Source: Actinomycetota bacterium
GTDB taxonomy: Bacteria; Actinomycetota; Thermoleophilia; Gaiellales; F1-60-MAGs149
DNA length: 59,246 nucleotides
NCBI GenBank assembly: GCA_005798855.1
Contig: SYIF01000142.1
Coordinates: forward strand, 1-59,246
Reading direction: 5' to 3'
The notes under the pieces are model-generated. The model was given only the letters and a program-made list of their open reading frames with translations, ran no database searches and had not been told where the DNA came from. This document shows positions 51,560 through 59,246 of this stretch, piece by piece (within the stretch, counting starts at the first letter, position 1; every line of letters begins with the position of its first letter). A program made the translations under genes and the position numbers.

Positions 51560-52936
51560 GTGGTGAGCACTCGCGTGACAGCAGCTGGAGCACTTGCGCG
51601 TTGCGCGGGAGCCGTCTCGCGTGTGATGGGCCAAGGCGGTGGCACGACGATGCCCGGCCACGTCTTTCTCCGTCTGGCTCCCGATGGACTGAGTGAGTTG
51701 GCCGTCGGACTGACCGACGGCATCGTTGCGGTCAGCGCCACCAACGGTAAGACCACGACCTCGGCGATGCTGACGGCGATCGTTGGGCCGGATCATGCGG
51801 TCTGCCGTAATGGTGCGGGTGCCAACTTGGTGACGGGAATTGCCACCACGCTGGTGAATCGACCCCGTGGTGCGACGCTTGGAGTGCTCGAAGTTGATGA
51901 GGCTGCACTGACCGGAGTTACGCGACAGCTTTCGCCCACCGTGATCGTCTTGGGTAACCTTTTTCGCGACCAGCTCGACCGTCATGGTGAGCTCGAGATG
52001 GTGGCGGATCGGTGGAGAGAACTCGTGGCCACGCTCCCCCCCTCCACCACGCTCGTGCTCGGAGCCGACGATCCCGTCATCGATGGGCTGGCAGGCGATC
52101 GAGCGAACGTCGTGCGCTTCGGCATCGATGATCCCCGCGTCTCGCTCGGCGCTCAGGATGCTGCAGCCGACTCGACGTTTTGCGTCCGCTGTGGCAGTGC
52201 ATACGTGTACGACGAGATGTACCTCGGGCACCTTGGGTCCTACCGCTGTCCACGCGGCGACCACCAGCGCGGTACGCTCGATGTCGTCGCCCGGCAGGTG
52301 ATTACCGACGGCGTCCGCGGCACGACCTTCCGTCTCGACGCACCCGATGGCTCGCGCAACGTCTCGTTACCGCTACCCGGGCTCTACAACGTCGAGAACG
52401 CTCTTGGTGCGATCGCGGCGGCCTTCGTGCTCGGTATTCCGACTGCTGTGGCAGCCAGCCGCCTCGCGCAGTTCCACGCCGCCTTTGGCCGCTTCGAGCG
52501 GATTGCCGTTGGTGATCGCGAGGTTGTCCTGTTGCTTTTCAAGAATCCGACGGGTGCTAACGAGGCGCTACGAGCCATCGCCGACGATGTTGCTGGCGCC
52601 CAGGTCGTACTGGTCCTCAACGACCGCATCGCGGATGGTCGGGATATCAGCTGGATCTGGGATATCGATTTCGAAGGAGCACTCGCCACAGCCGCGCAGA
52701 TCACCTGTAGTGGCACGCGCGCGGCAGAGCTTGCCGTGCGACTGCGCTACAGCGACGTCTCCCCGGGCCGGGTAACGACCGAGACCGTGACTGAGGTGGC
52801 GTTCGATGCGGCCGTTGGGGCCACGGCAGTTGACGGCCGGATCTTTGTGTTGGCGACGTACACCGCGATGCTTGATCTTCATGGCGTGTTGGCGGATCGT
52901 GGACTCACCCAACGGTTTTGGCAGGAGCAGGTATGA
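51560..52936 (+). CDS. murT: Lipid II isoglutaminyl synthase, Mur-ligase-like subunit MurT
   Basis: 458 aa. It has the ATP loop VSATNGKTTTSAM, a Cys4 ribbon (CVRCGSAY..YRCPRGDH) and a C-terminal DUF1727-like region. It is paired with gatD. Confidence 0.88.
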   Translation: MVSTRVTAAGALARCAGAVSRVMGQGGGTTMPGHVFLRLAPDGLSELAVGLTDGIVAVSATNGKTTTSAMLTAIVGPDHAVCRNGAGANLVTGIATTLVNRPRGATLGVLEVDEAALTGVTRQLSPTVIVLGNLFRDQLDRHGELEMVADRWRELVATLPPSTTLVLGADDPVIDGLAGDRANVVRFGIDDPRVSLGAQDAAADSTFCVRCGSAYVYDEMYLGHLGSYRCPRGDHQRGTLDVVARQVITDGVRGTTFRLDAPDGSRNVSLPLPGLYNVENALGAIAAAFVLGIPTAVAASRLAQFHAAFGRFERIAVGDREVVLLLFKNPTGANEALRAIADDVAGAQVVLVLNDRIADGRDISWIWDIDFEGALATAAQITCSGTRAAELAVRLRYSDVSPGRVTTETVTEVAFDAAVGATAVDGRIFVLATYTAMLDLHGVLADRGLTQRFWQEQV

Positions 52937-53670
52937 CGCTCCGCATTGTGCCGCTCTACCCCGAGCTGCTGTCGATCTATGCCGATCGTGGCAACGTTCG
53001 CGTGCTCGAGCAGCGCGCGCACTGGCGTGGGCTTCCGGTCGAAGTTGTGCCGCTTGCGCTCGGTGCGTCGTTCGATCCAGAGCAGGCCGATGTGATCTTG
53101 ATTGGTGGTGGTCAGGACCGCGATCAGGCACTAGTGGCCGAAGCATTGATTGCGCAGGCACCCGCGTTACGCTCCGCGATTGCCGACGGAGTGCCCGTGC
53201 TGGCTGTCTGTGGCGGGTACCAGCTGCTCGGACACCGCTACGTCGACCAATCGGGTCGTCACACGCCGGGCACGGGCCTCGTCGATCTCGAAACCCACGC
53301 TGGACCAACACGCCTCGTCGGCAACGTCGTTGTGGATGTCGACCTTGCCGGCACCCACCACGAGTTGGTCGGTTTCGAAAACCACGCAGGCCGAACCATT
53401 CTCGGACCTGGCATCGCTCCGCTAGGGAAGGTCATCGTCGGTGGAGGAAACGACGGGACCGGGACGGCAGAAGGCTGTCTTGAGGGCCGCATCGTCGGTA
53501 CGTATGTACACGGCCCGCTGCTCCCGAAGAATCCGTGGTTGGCAGATCAACTGCTCGCTTGGGCCTGCGAACATCGTGGCCTCCCCACCACGCTCGCTCC
53601 GCTCGACGATCAGCTAGAACAGGCAGCAGCCGGAGCCGCCGCTGCCCTCGCGCGCAGCGAACGCCGCTAA
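52933..53670 (+). CDS. gatD: Lipid II isoglutaminyl synthase, glutaminase subunit GatD (CobQ/CobB-type amidotransferase)
   Basis: It has LYPELLSIYADRGN, LIGGGQD, the catalytic Cys in AVCGGYQLLG and THGPLLPKNP-like YVHGPLLPKNP. The start forms an ATGA overlap with murT. Confidence 0.88.
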   Translation: MTLRIVPLYPELLSIYADRGNVRVLEQRAHWRGLPVEVVPLALGASFDPEQADVILIGGGQDRDQALVAEALIAQAPALRSAIADGVPVLAVCGGYQLLGHRYVDQSGRHTPGTGLVDLETHAGPTRLVGNVVVDVDLAGTHHELVGFENHAGRTILGPGIAPLGKVIVGGGNDGTGTAEGCLEGRIVGTYVHGPLLPKNPWLADQLLAWACEHRGLPTTLAPLDDQLEQAAAGAAAALARSERR

Positions 53671-54122
53671 GGCACCCACATCCGACCGAGCGACACGAAC
53701 GCATCGCCCGGGCGATAGCCACGAAGATAGTCATGGATTGGTGGGCGCAGATCGAGGCCGTCGAGCTCCTGCTGGTCGATGAACGCGTGTCCGAGGACGG
53801 CTGCGTCGTCCGAGCTGAACAACTCGACGTTCGCTGTGGCGAGTTCGATCGCGAAGACCATATGGAGAATGTGGCGGCCTTTTGGGGTGGCGGCTGGTGG
53901 AATCGTTTCCGCAAGTGCAATCGGCCCGCGGATCGCCGTGGGCGGCATGCCGCACTCCTCGGCGATCTCGCGCAGCAATGCATCCTCGAGCTCTTCCCCC
54001 TCCTCGACGCCCCCACCGGGCAGAAGCCAGTACGTACGCCCGTCCTTCTGCTGACGAACCAGTAGGACGCGGCCACCGTTGATCAGCAGGCCGGCGACGC
54101 GAATGCGCAGACCGTCGGTCAT
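53667..54122 (-). CDS. NUDIX hydrolase
   Basis: 151 aa. The Nudix box is present: GGGVEEGEELEDALLREIAEECG. Confidence 0.85.
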   Translation of the reverse strand: MTDGLRIRVAGLLINGGRVLLVRQQKDGRTYWLLPGGGVEEGEELEDALLREIAEECGMPPTAIRGPIALAETIPPAATPKGRHILHMVFAIELATANVELFSSDDAAVLGHAFIDQQELDGLDLRPPIHDYLRGYRPGDAFVSLGRMWVP

Positions 54123-54559
54123 GCCGACTGTCCCGTCGATCCGAAACCTCCCGTGCCTCGCGTGGACTCGGGCAAACTGTCGTGCTCGGCGAAGGTGACG
54201 GTCGGCAGAGCGGTAATCAGCAGCTGCGCAATGCGATCGCCGCTGGCAATCGTGTACGTCGTCGTTTGGTCGTGGTTGATCAGGACCACCTTGACCTCGC
54301 CACGGTAGCCCGCGTCGATCAAGCCTGGAGCATTGAGTACCGTCACGCCGGCCTTGAGCGCGAGCCCGGAGCGCGGCAGAACCAGCGCGGCAAGGCCATC
54401 GGGAAGCGCAATCCCGAACCCACAGCCGATCGCCTCTCGCTGTCCTGGGGCCAGCGCTGCGGACTCTGCTGCGTACAGATCAAAGCCCGCATCGCTCGCG
54501 TGCGCCTGCGTGGGAAGGCGCGCGTCGTCGTGCATCCGCAGCCAGGTGATCTCACTCAT
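54119..54559 (-). CDS. dut: dUTP diphosphatase
   Basis: 146 aa. It has AGFDLYA, PRSGLALK, IDAGYRGE and RG.GGFGSTG motifs. Confidence 0.93.
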   Translation of the reverse strand: MSEITWLRMHDDARLPTQAHASDAGFDLYAAESAALAPGQREAIGCGFGIALPDGLAALVLPRSGLALKAGVTVLNAPGLIDAGYRGEVKVVLINHDQTTTYTIASGDRIAQLLITALPTVTFAEHDSLPESTRGTGGFGSTGQSA

Positions 54560-55845
54560 GCCGGCACCGATGGTGAGACAGCAAAGCGTGCGTAGCGATC
54601 TCGCTCGGCCTTCGGCAGACGCGCACGGATGCGTACGCCCTCCGACGTGTCCTCGCGCGAGGTAATCGGTGCGCCCAGCGCGTAGAGCGCGGACAACACA
54701 CTGCCCTCGCTATGTGGCACCAGGAGATCGGTGGGCTCGAAGCGACCAGAGAAGTGCTCGGCGATGGCAATTTCCAGTTCCTCAAGGCCCTCGCGCGTGT
54801 TGGCGCTGACTTGGATCGCCATCGGCAGGCGGTTGTGGAGCCGTTCGCGATTCTCGGGCGAGACGAGGTCGATCTTGTTGAGCACGATGATCTGTGGCAG
54901 ATCGGAGGCGCCGATCTGTTCGAGCACGTCACCGACGGCGCGCATCTGCTCGTTGCGCTCTTCCTCTTCGATCGCCCCATCGACGACGTGTACGAGCAGG
55001 TCGCCGGCGAGCGTCTCTTCGAGCGTCGAGGCAAACGCGTCGACGAGGCCGTGCGGCAGCTTGCGAATAAAGCCGACGGTGTCCGTAATCGTGTAAGCGC
55101 GACCGACGTGCTGGAACTTGCGCGTCGTTGGGTCGAGCGTCTCGAAGAGTCGGTTGCGGCTCGACACCTCGGCGCCCGTGAGAGCGTTGAGAAGGCTGGA
55201 CTTGCCAACGTTCGTGTAGCCGGCTAGTGATACCGTCGGCACCATGCCCTCGGTGCGCTGCTTGCGTTGCAGGCGACGGCGCTTGCTCGTCTCCTTGATC
55301 CGCCGCCGGAGCAGCGTGATGCGATCGCGAGCAAGGCGACGGTCGGTCTCGAGCTGCGACTCGCCCGGACCGCGGGTACCAACGCCGCCGCCGAGGCGCT
55401 CGAGGTGGTTCCACATCCCACGCATGCGGGGAAGCTGGTACTCGAGTTGGGCGAGCTCGACTTGGAGCTTGCCCTCCGCCGAATGGGCGTGGCTCGCGAA
55501 GATATCCAAGATCAACGTCGTGCGGTCGATCACGCGGATCGAGAACTGGTTCTCGAGGTAACGCTGCTGCGACGGGGTCAATTCACCGTCAATCACCAAG
55601 ACCTCGGCCTCGGTCTCCTTGATGCACTCCTCTAGCTCAGCAACTTTGCCGCGGCCAAGATAGGTCTTCGCTTCGGGCTGGTCTTTGCGTTGAATCAGTT
55701 CACCGACCGTGCTGCACTGTGCGGTCAGCAGCAACTCGCGCAACTCGGCAACGTCGGCATCAATGCGCTGTGTGGGGCGTGCGATCGCGGCGATGAACGC
55801 CCGCTCGGGCGCCTCGTCACGAATTTGATAGAAGCCGTCACCCAC
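54556..55845 (-). CDS. hflX: GTPase HflX
   Basis: 429 aa. It has the HflX N-domain (GKV.EL), G1 (AGYTNVGKSSL), DTVGFI and NKID. Confidence 0.93.
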   Translation of the reverse strand: MGDGFYQIRDEAPERAFIAAIARPTQRIDADVAELRELLLTAQCSTVGELIQRKDQPEAKTYLGRGKVAELEECIKETEAEVLVIDGELTPSQQRYLENQFSIRVIDRTTLILDIFASHAHSAEGKLQVELAQLEYQLPRMRGMWNHLERLGGGVGTRGPGESQLETDRRLARDRITLLRRRIKETSKRRRLQRKQRTEGMVPTVSLAGYTNVGKSSLLNALTGAEVSSRNRLFETLDPTTRKFQHVGRAYTITDTVGFIRKLPHGLVDAFASTLEETLAGDLLVHVVDGAIEEEERNEQMRAVGDVLEQIGASDLPQIIVLNKIDLVSPENRERLHNRLPMAIQVSANTREGLEELEIAIAEHFSGRFEPTDLLVPHSEGSVLSALYALGAPITSREDTSEGVRIRARLPKAERDRYARFAVSPSVPA

Positions 55846-55874
55846 GTATCAAGCAGTCTACTGGGGGGCGGCGC

Positions 55875-57029
55875 TCAGAGAATGGCGCCGATCCGCTCGA
55901 TTGCTTCAGCGAGCCGATCCTCAGGGATCGTCAGAGCCATGCGAACGAAGCCTTCGCCCGCGGCTCCGTAGGCATTCCCGGGCGTTACGACGACTGCTGC
56001 TTGCTCGAACACTCGGTCGGCAAATGCCAACGACGATTCGTCGGTGGGAACGGGCACCCACAGATAGATTGCGCCGGCCGGCGGTGCGACTGGCATGCCA
56101 ATCTCGCCCAGACGGGTGCAGGCGAGATCGCGACGGGCTCGGTAGGTCGCAAGCGGTGGTCCTGCGATGTCTGTCTGCCCGAGCAGCCACGTAGCCGTTC
56201 GCTGGAGCGCCAGAAACATGCCGGAATCGATCTGCGTCTTGAGTCGCTGCAGCGTTGCGATTACCTCGGGGTTGCCGACAGCGAAGGCGATCCTCCAGCC
56301 AGGGATCGAATACGTCTTGGAGAGCGAGAGGATCTCGATGCCGTGCGCGCGAAAGCCGGGATCGGCGAGCGCGCTCGGTGCCGGATCGCCCTCGTAGACG
56401 ATGTCGGCATAGGCGTGGTCGTGGCAGAGCACGAGGTCGTGCTGATTGGCAAAGGCGCCCAATTCCCCGAACAGGCCTGGCCGCGCGATGGCGCCAGTTG
56501 GATTATTGGGAAAGCCAACAATCAGCAGGCGCGCCTGCACCGCGGCTTCCGTCGAAACAGCACTGAGGTCGGGCTGAAATCCGTTTTCAGGCAGCAGCGG
56601 CAGCGGCAGGGACGCAGCGCCTGCCAACAGTGGTCCCCCCGCGTAGACGGGGTAGCCGGGGTCGGCGATCAGCGACAACGAACCAGGGTCCAGAATCGCG
56701 GTCGCAAGGTGCGCCAGTCCCTCCTTCGCACCCAGCAGCGGAAGCACTTCGGTGGCCGGGTCGAGCGAGACACCGAAGCGACGCTGATAGTAGTCCGAGA
56801 CGGCCTCGCGTAGCGCGGGCTCGCCGTGGTTGGTCGGATAGCGCGCAGCGTCGTTGCGTTGTACTTCGAGCGCCAGTCGCTTGCGCAGGGCCGGATCGGG
56901 CGGTAGGTCTGGGTCGCCGATCCCAAGCGAGATCACGTCAACGCCACGTGCCCGAGCTTCGGCGATTGCGCGATTGAGGCGCGCCACGACGTACTCGGGA
57001 ATCGTGTCCATGCGGTCGGAAAGCTGCAC
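55875..57029 (-). CDS. Class I/II PLP aminotransferase, probable diaminopimelate-pathway aminotransferase (DapC or LL-DAP aminotransferase type)
   Basis: 384 aa. It has LGIGDPD, NNPTG and SLSKTYSIPGWRIAF (PLP lysine). It is collinear with dapD-dapE-dapF. The specificity is inferred from context. Confidence 0.75.
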   Translation of the reverse strand: MQLSDRMDTIPEYVVARLNRAIAEARARGVDVISLGIGDPDLPPDPALRKRLALEVQRNDAARYPTNHGEPALREAVSDYYQRRFGVSLDPATEVLPLLGAKEGLAHLATAILDPGSLSLIADPGYPVYAGGPLLAGAASLPLPLLPENGFQPDLSAVSTEAAVQARLLIVGFPNNPTGAIARPGLFGELGAFANQHDLVLCHDHAYADIVYEGDPAPSALADPGFRAHGIEILSLSKTYSIPGWRIAFAVGNPEVIATLQRLKTQIDSGMFLALQRTATWLLGQTDIAGPPLATYRARRDLACTRLGEIGMPVAPPAGAIYLWVPVPTDESSLAFADRVFEQAAVVVTPGNAYGAAGEGFVRMALTIPEDRLAEAIERIGAIL

Positions 57030-57032
57030 GCT

Positions 57033-57827
57033 CTAGGCCAGCATCGAGGCGATCGTCGGAGGCAGATCAAAGCTCTCGATGCGCTCGGCAGGACCGTGCA
57101 TCGTCACGCTACCGTCGTCACCGACATCGATCACGAGCTCGCCGCCGTGCAGCACGACGGTGACGGGACTATCCGCCACGCCGGTTGTCACTGCAGCCAC
57201 GGCGGCAGCGCAGGCACCCGACCCGCAAGCCGGGGTCTCTCCCACCCCGCGCTCCCAGACGCGCATGCGCAGGCGGTGGCGATCGATCACCGTGGTGATC
57301 TCCACGTTGGCGCGCTCGGGAAACCACGAGTGGTGCTCGAGCAGTGGCCCCTGCGTGGCGAGCGGAAACGTATCGACATCGTCGACGGGTATCACCACAT
57401 GGGGATTGCCGACGCTGACGAAGGTGTGGGCATATGGGAAGGCTTCGGCGGTAGGACGGTACTGCGGGCCTGCGAGCGTTGCGGGTGCGAGCTGTGCCGT
57501 GATGGTGTCGCCCTCGACATGACAGGGAAGAATGCCCGCGGCGGTCGCGATCGAGACGTCTGCTTGTACGAGACGTTCTGAGGTCCATCGCGCGACCATG
57601 CGCGTACCGTTGCCACAGGCTTCGCTCTCGGAGCCGTCGGGGTTCCAGATGCGCATGGACACATCTGCGCCGTCAGAGCCCGCAGAGAGCTCTAAAACCC
57701 CGTCTCCGCCGCACTCTGTGACCAGCGCACGCGCGGTAGCTGCCGTCAGCGGCTGTGAGAGCTCACCCGCGTCAAGGAGCAGGTAGATGTTGCCCGCACC
57801 CTGCCAGCGCTCCACGAGCGGTGTCAC
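57033..57827 (-). CDS. dapF: Diaminopimelate epimerase
   Basis: It has GAGNIYLL and two catalytic Cys motifs (ACGNGTR and ACGSGA). The GTG at 57827 forms a GTGA overlap with the dapE stop; the track start at 57890 would overlap dapE by 67 nt. Confidence 0.9.
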   Translation of the reverse strand: MTPLVERWQGAGNIYLLLDAGELSQPLTAATARALVTECGGDGVLELSAGSDGADVSMRIWNPDGSESEACGNGTRMVARWTSERLVQADVSIATAAGILPCHVEGDTITAQLAPATLAGPQYRPTAEAFPYAHTFVSVGNPHVVIPVDDVDTFPLATQGPLLEHHSWFPERANVEITTVIDRHRLRMRVWERGVGETPACGSGACAAAVAAVTTGVADSPVTVVLHGGELVIDVGDDGSVTMHGPAERIESFDLPPTIASMLA

Positions 57828-58891
57828 GGAGCGCTCAACTCCTCCGCCAGCACGCGCTCGCACTCCTCCAGCATCGCGATTTCCACCCATTCTCCGGGCT
57901 GGTGTGCCTGGCTAGGCTCGCCGGGGCCGTAGTTGAAGGCAGGAACACCCCACTCTTGCAGCGTTGCCACATCGGTCCAAGCCTGTTTCGGCAGCACCGC
58001 TAGGCCACTGCGAGCGACAAAATCGCTAACAATCGGATCGGACAGGCGCGGCTCGGCCGGCAAGGCGGTGTCCAGCCATGTCAACTCTGCCTCGGGACCA
58101 GCGAGCGCAACGACCTCGGCCTGCGCTGCCTCAACGGAACGCCCAGGCGCAATCCGCACGTTGACGGAAAGCTCGACACGGTCGGGCAGCACGTTGTGGG
58201 CAATGCCGGCGTTGAGCATGGTGACGGTAACCACGTCGCGGTAGAGCAGGCCATCGACCTCGACCGGAACAGGCTCGCGTCGGGCGAAACGTGCCAGCGC
58301 CTCGGCGAGCGCGAGCGAAATCGCGTTGTCACCTTCCCACGGCCGGGCTGAATGAGCCGACGTGCCACGGAAAACGACCCGCGCGTTAAACGAACCAACA
58401 GCACCGGCGTGGATCGTGCCCGCCGTCGGCTCCAGCACGACGGCCATCTTCGGCTTCGGGTTCAGCAGCGTGGAGTCGGCGAGTACGCGATGAATGCCGT
58501 TATCCGAATTAGGGCCTTCCTCGCGGTCATAGAAGATAAAGGCAACGGGCTGAGGCGCATCGATCATCCGCTCGAGAATGCGCAACATGACGGCGACGCC
58601 GCCCTTCATATCGGAGGCCCCGCGGCCAACGATGCGTTGATCAGTTCGCTCGGCGACCCCACCTACCCAATTCGGCACCGTGTCGAGGTGACCGACCAGG
58701 ACGATCGCCGAGCCCGGGTCGCCCGTCCGCGCTACGATCGAGTTGCCGATGCGCTCGGGAACGATTCCATACGAGCGCACGCGTTTCTCGACGGCGTCGG
58801 CAAGTGCCTGCTCGTCGCCGTACTCCGAGGCGGTCGCGACGAGATCGAAGCACACGTCGGCAACGCTTCCACTGAGGAAGGGTCTAGACAT
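57824..58891 (-). CDS. dapE: Succinyl-diaminopimelate desuccinylase (M20 metallopeptidase)
   Basis: 355 aa from the ATG at 58891. It has LVGHLDTVP, GRGASDMKGG and EEG motifs, with an 8-nt overlap with the dapD stop. Confidence 0.85.
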   Translation of the reverse strand: MSRPFLSGSVADVCFDLVATASEYGDEQALADAVEKRVRSYGIVPERIGNSIVARTGDPGSAIVLVGHLDTVPNWVGGVAERTDQRIVGRGASDMKGGVAVMLRILERMIDAPQPVAFIFYDREEGPNSDNGIHRVLADSTLLNPKPKMAVVLEPTAGTIHAGAVGSFNARVVFRGTSAHSARPWEGDNAISLALAEALARFARREPVPVEVDGLLYRDVVTVTMLNAGIAHNVLPDRVELSVNVRIAPGRSVEAAQAEVVALAGPEAELTWLDTALPAEPRLSDPIVSDFVARSGLAVLPKQAWTDVATLQEWGVPAFNYGPGEPSQAHQPGEWVEIAMLEECERVLAEELSAP

Positions 58892-59246
58892 CCACACCGA
58901 GCTCGCGGAGTGCGGAGTTGAGCGAGGTCTTACGGTCGGTCGACTCGGTGCGCTCGCCAATAATCAACGCGCACGGCACGTCGAAGGTACCGGCGGGAAA
59001 CTGTCGCGGTCGCGTACCGGGGATGACGACCTTGCGGGGCGGTACATACCCGACGTGTTCAACCGGCTCGCTCCCCGAGACGTCGATGATCTTGGTCGAC
59101 GCAGTCAGAATCACACCCGCACCCAAAACTGCCTCGGCGCCAACATGGACACCCTCCACGACGATGGCGCGCGAACCAACGAAGGTGCCGTCCTCGATGA
59201 TCACGGGGCGCGCACCCGGCGGCTCGAGCACACCGCCGATGCCGAC
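58884..59246 (-). CDS. dapD: 2,3,4,5-tetrahydropyridine-2,6-dicarboxylate N-succinyltransferase, C-terminal fragment; 5' end lies outside the window
   Basis: The frame is open to the window edge (VGIGGVLEPPGARPVIIEDGTFVGSRAIVVEGV..), with left-handed beta-helix hexapeptide repeats and the typical DapD C-terminus. Confidence 0.85.
   Translation of the reverse strand, partial: VGIGGVLEPPGARPVIIEDGTFVGSRAIVVEGVHVGAEAVLGAGVILTASTKIIDVSGSEPVEHVGYVPPRKVVIPGTRPRQFPAGTFDVPCALIIGERTESTDRKTSLNSALRELGVDV

Noticed and set aside
1-59246. CRISPR arrays, insertion sequences, prophage or integrase genes, toxin-antitoxin pairs, restriction-modification or other defence systems, and rRNA genes.
   Set aside because: I noticed no periodic repeat-spacer structure, no transposase-, integrase-, recombinase- or phage-like ORFs, and no small paired ORFs with TA character. 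The window reads as core chromosome, apart from the decayed block at 4.8-10.6 kb.

Overview
This is a 59.2-kb, high-GC (judged by eye), tightly packed chromosomal segment. Its gene content looks Gram-positive or Actinobacteria-like; a deep-branching actinobacterial lineage is my guess only. I annotate about 70 protein-coding genes, 2 tRNAs (Gly-UCC, Arg-CCG), 3 multi-lesion pseudogenes and a few operator, promoter and terminator-like elements.

Most of the content is housekeeping:
- nrdJ 3' end, upp, maf-mreB, argCJBD, gcvTH, nfo, gltX
- a tetrapyrrole-flavoured trio (class-III aminotransferase, sirC-like, hemW)
- hrcA-dnaJ-prmA-rsmE-yqeY-phoH-ybeY
- a dipeptide-epimerase/DUF1611 pair
- ctaCDE plus ctaB, murT-gatD, dut, hflX
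- dapD-dapE-dapF plus an aminotransferase

I saw no CRISPR array, transposase, integrase, rRNA or recognisable defence or toxin-antitoxin system.

The items most worth a second look are:
1. Two near-perfect tandem LexA (SOS) boxes wrap a probable leaderless promoter. It drives an 89-aa TM+LysM protein (YneA/ChiZ-like division-inhibitor architecture). The gene is unlinked to lexA and lies directly upstream of a group-2 sigma factor and a VanW protein.
2. A roughly 6-kb stretch abuts the 3' end of tRNA-Gly. In it an NCS1 permease, a sugar epimerase and a Gfo/Idh/MocA oxidoreductase each carry in-frame stops (TAA, TAG and TGA respectively) and/or frameshifts, while their neighbours are intact.
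3. Several orphan ORFs stand out: a 9-Cys protein after gcvH, a degenerate kinase-like membrane protein after ybeY, a TatA-like protein with a long repetitive tail, and three unknown ORFs inside the cta cluster.
4. There are two AT-rich perfect palindromes in divergent promoter regions.
5. One hairpin element with an identical 13-nt arm occurs at two convergent gene junctions.

I cannot demonstrate a clear-cut new multi-gene system from sequence alone. The SOS-LysM-sigma-VanW module is the best candidate. All homology statements are motif-level recognition by eye, not database searches.
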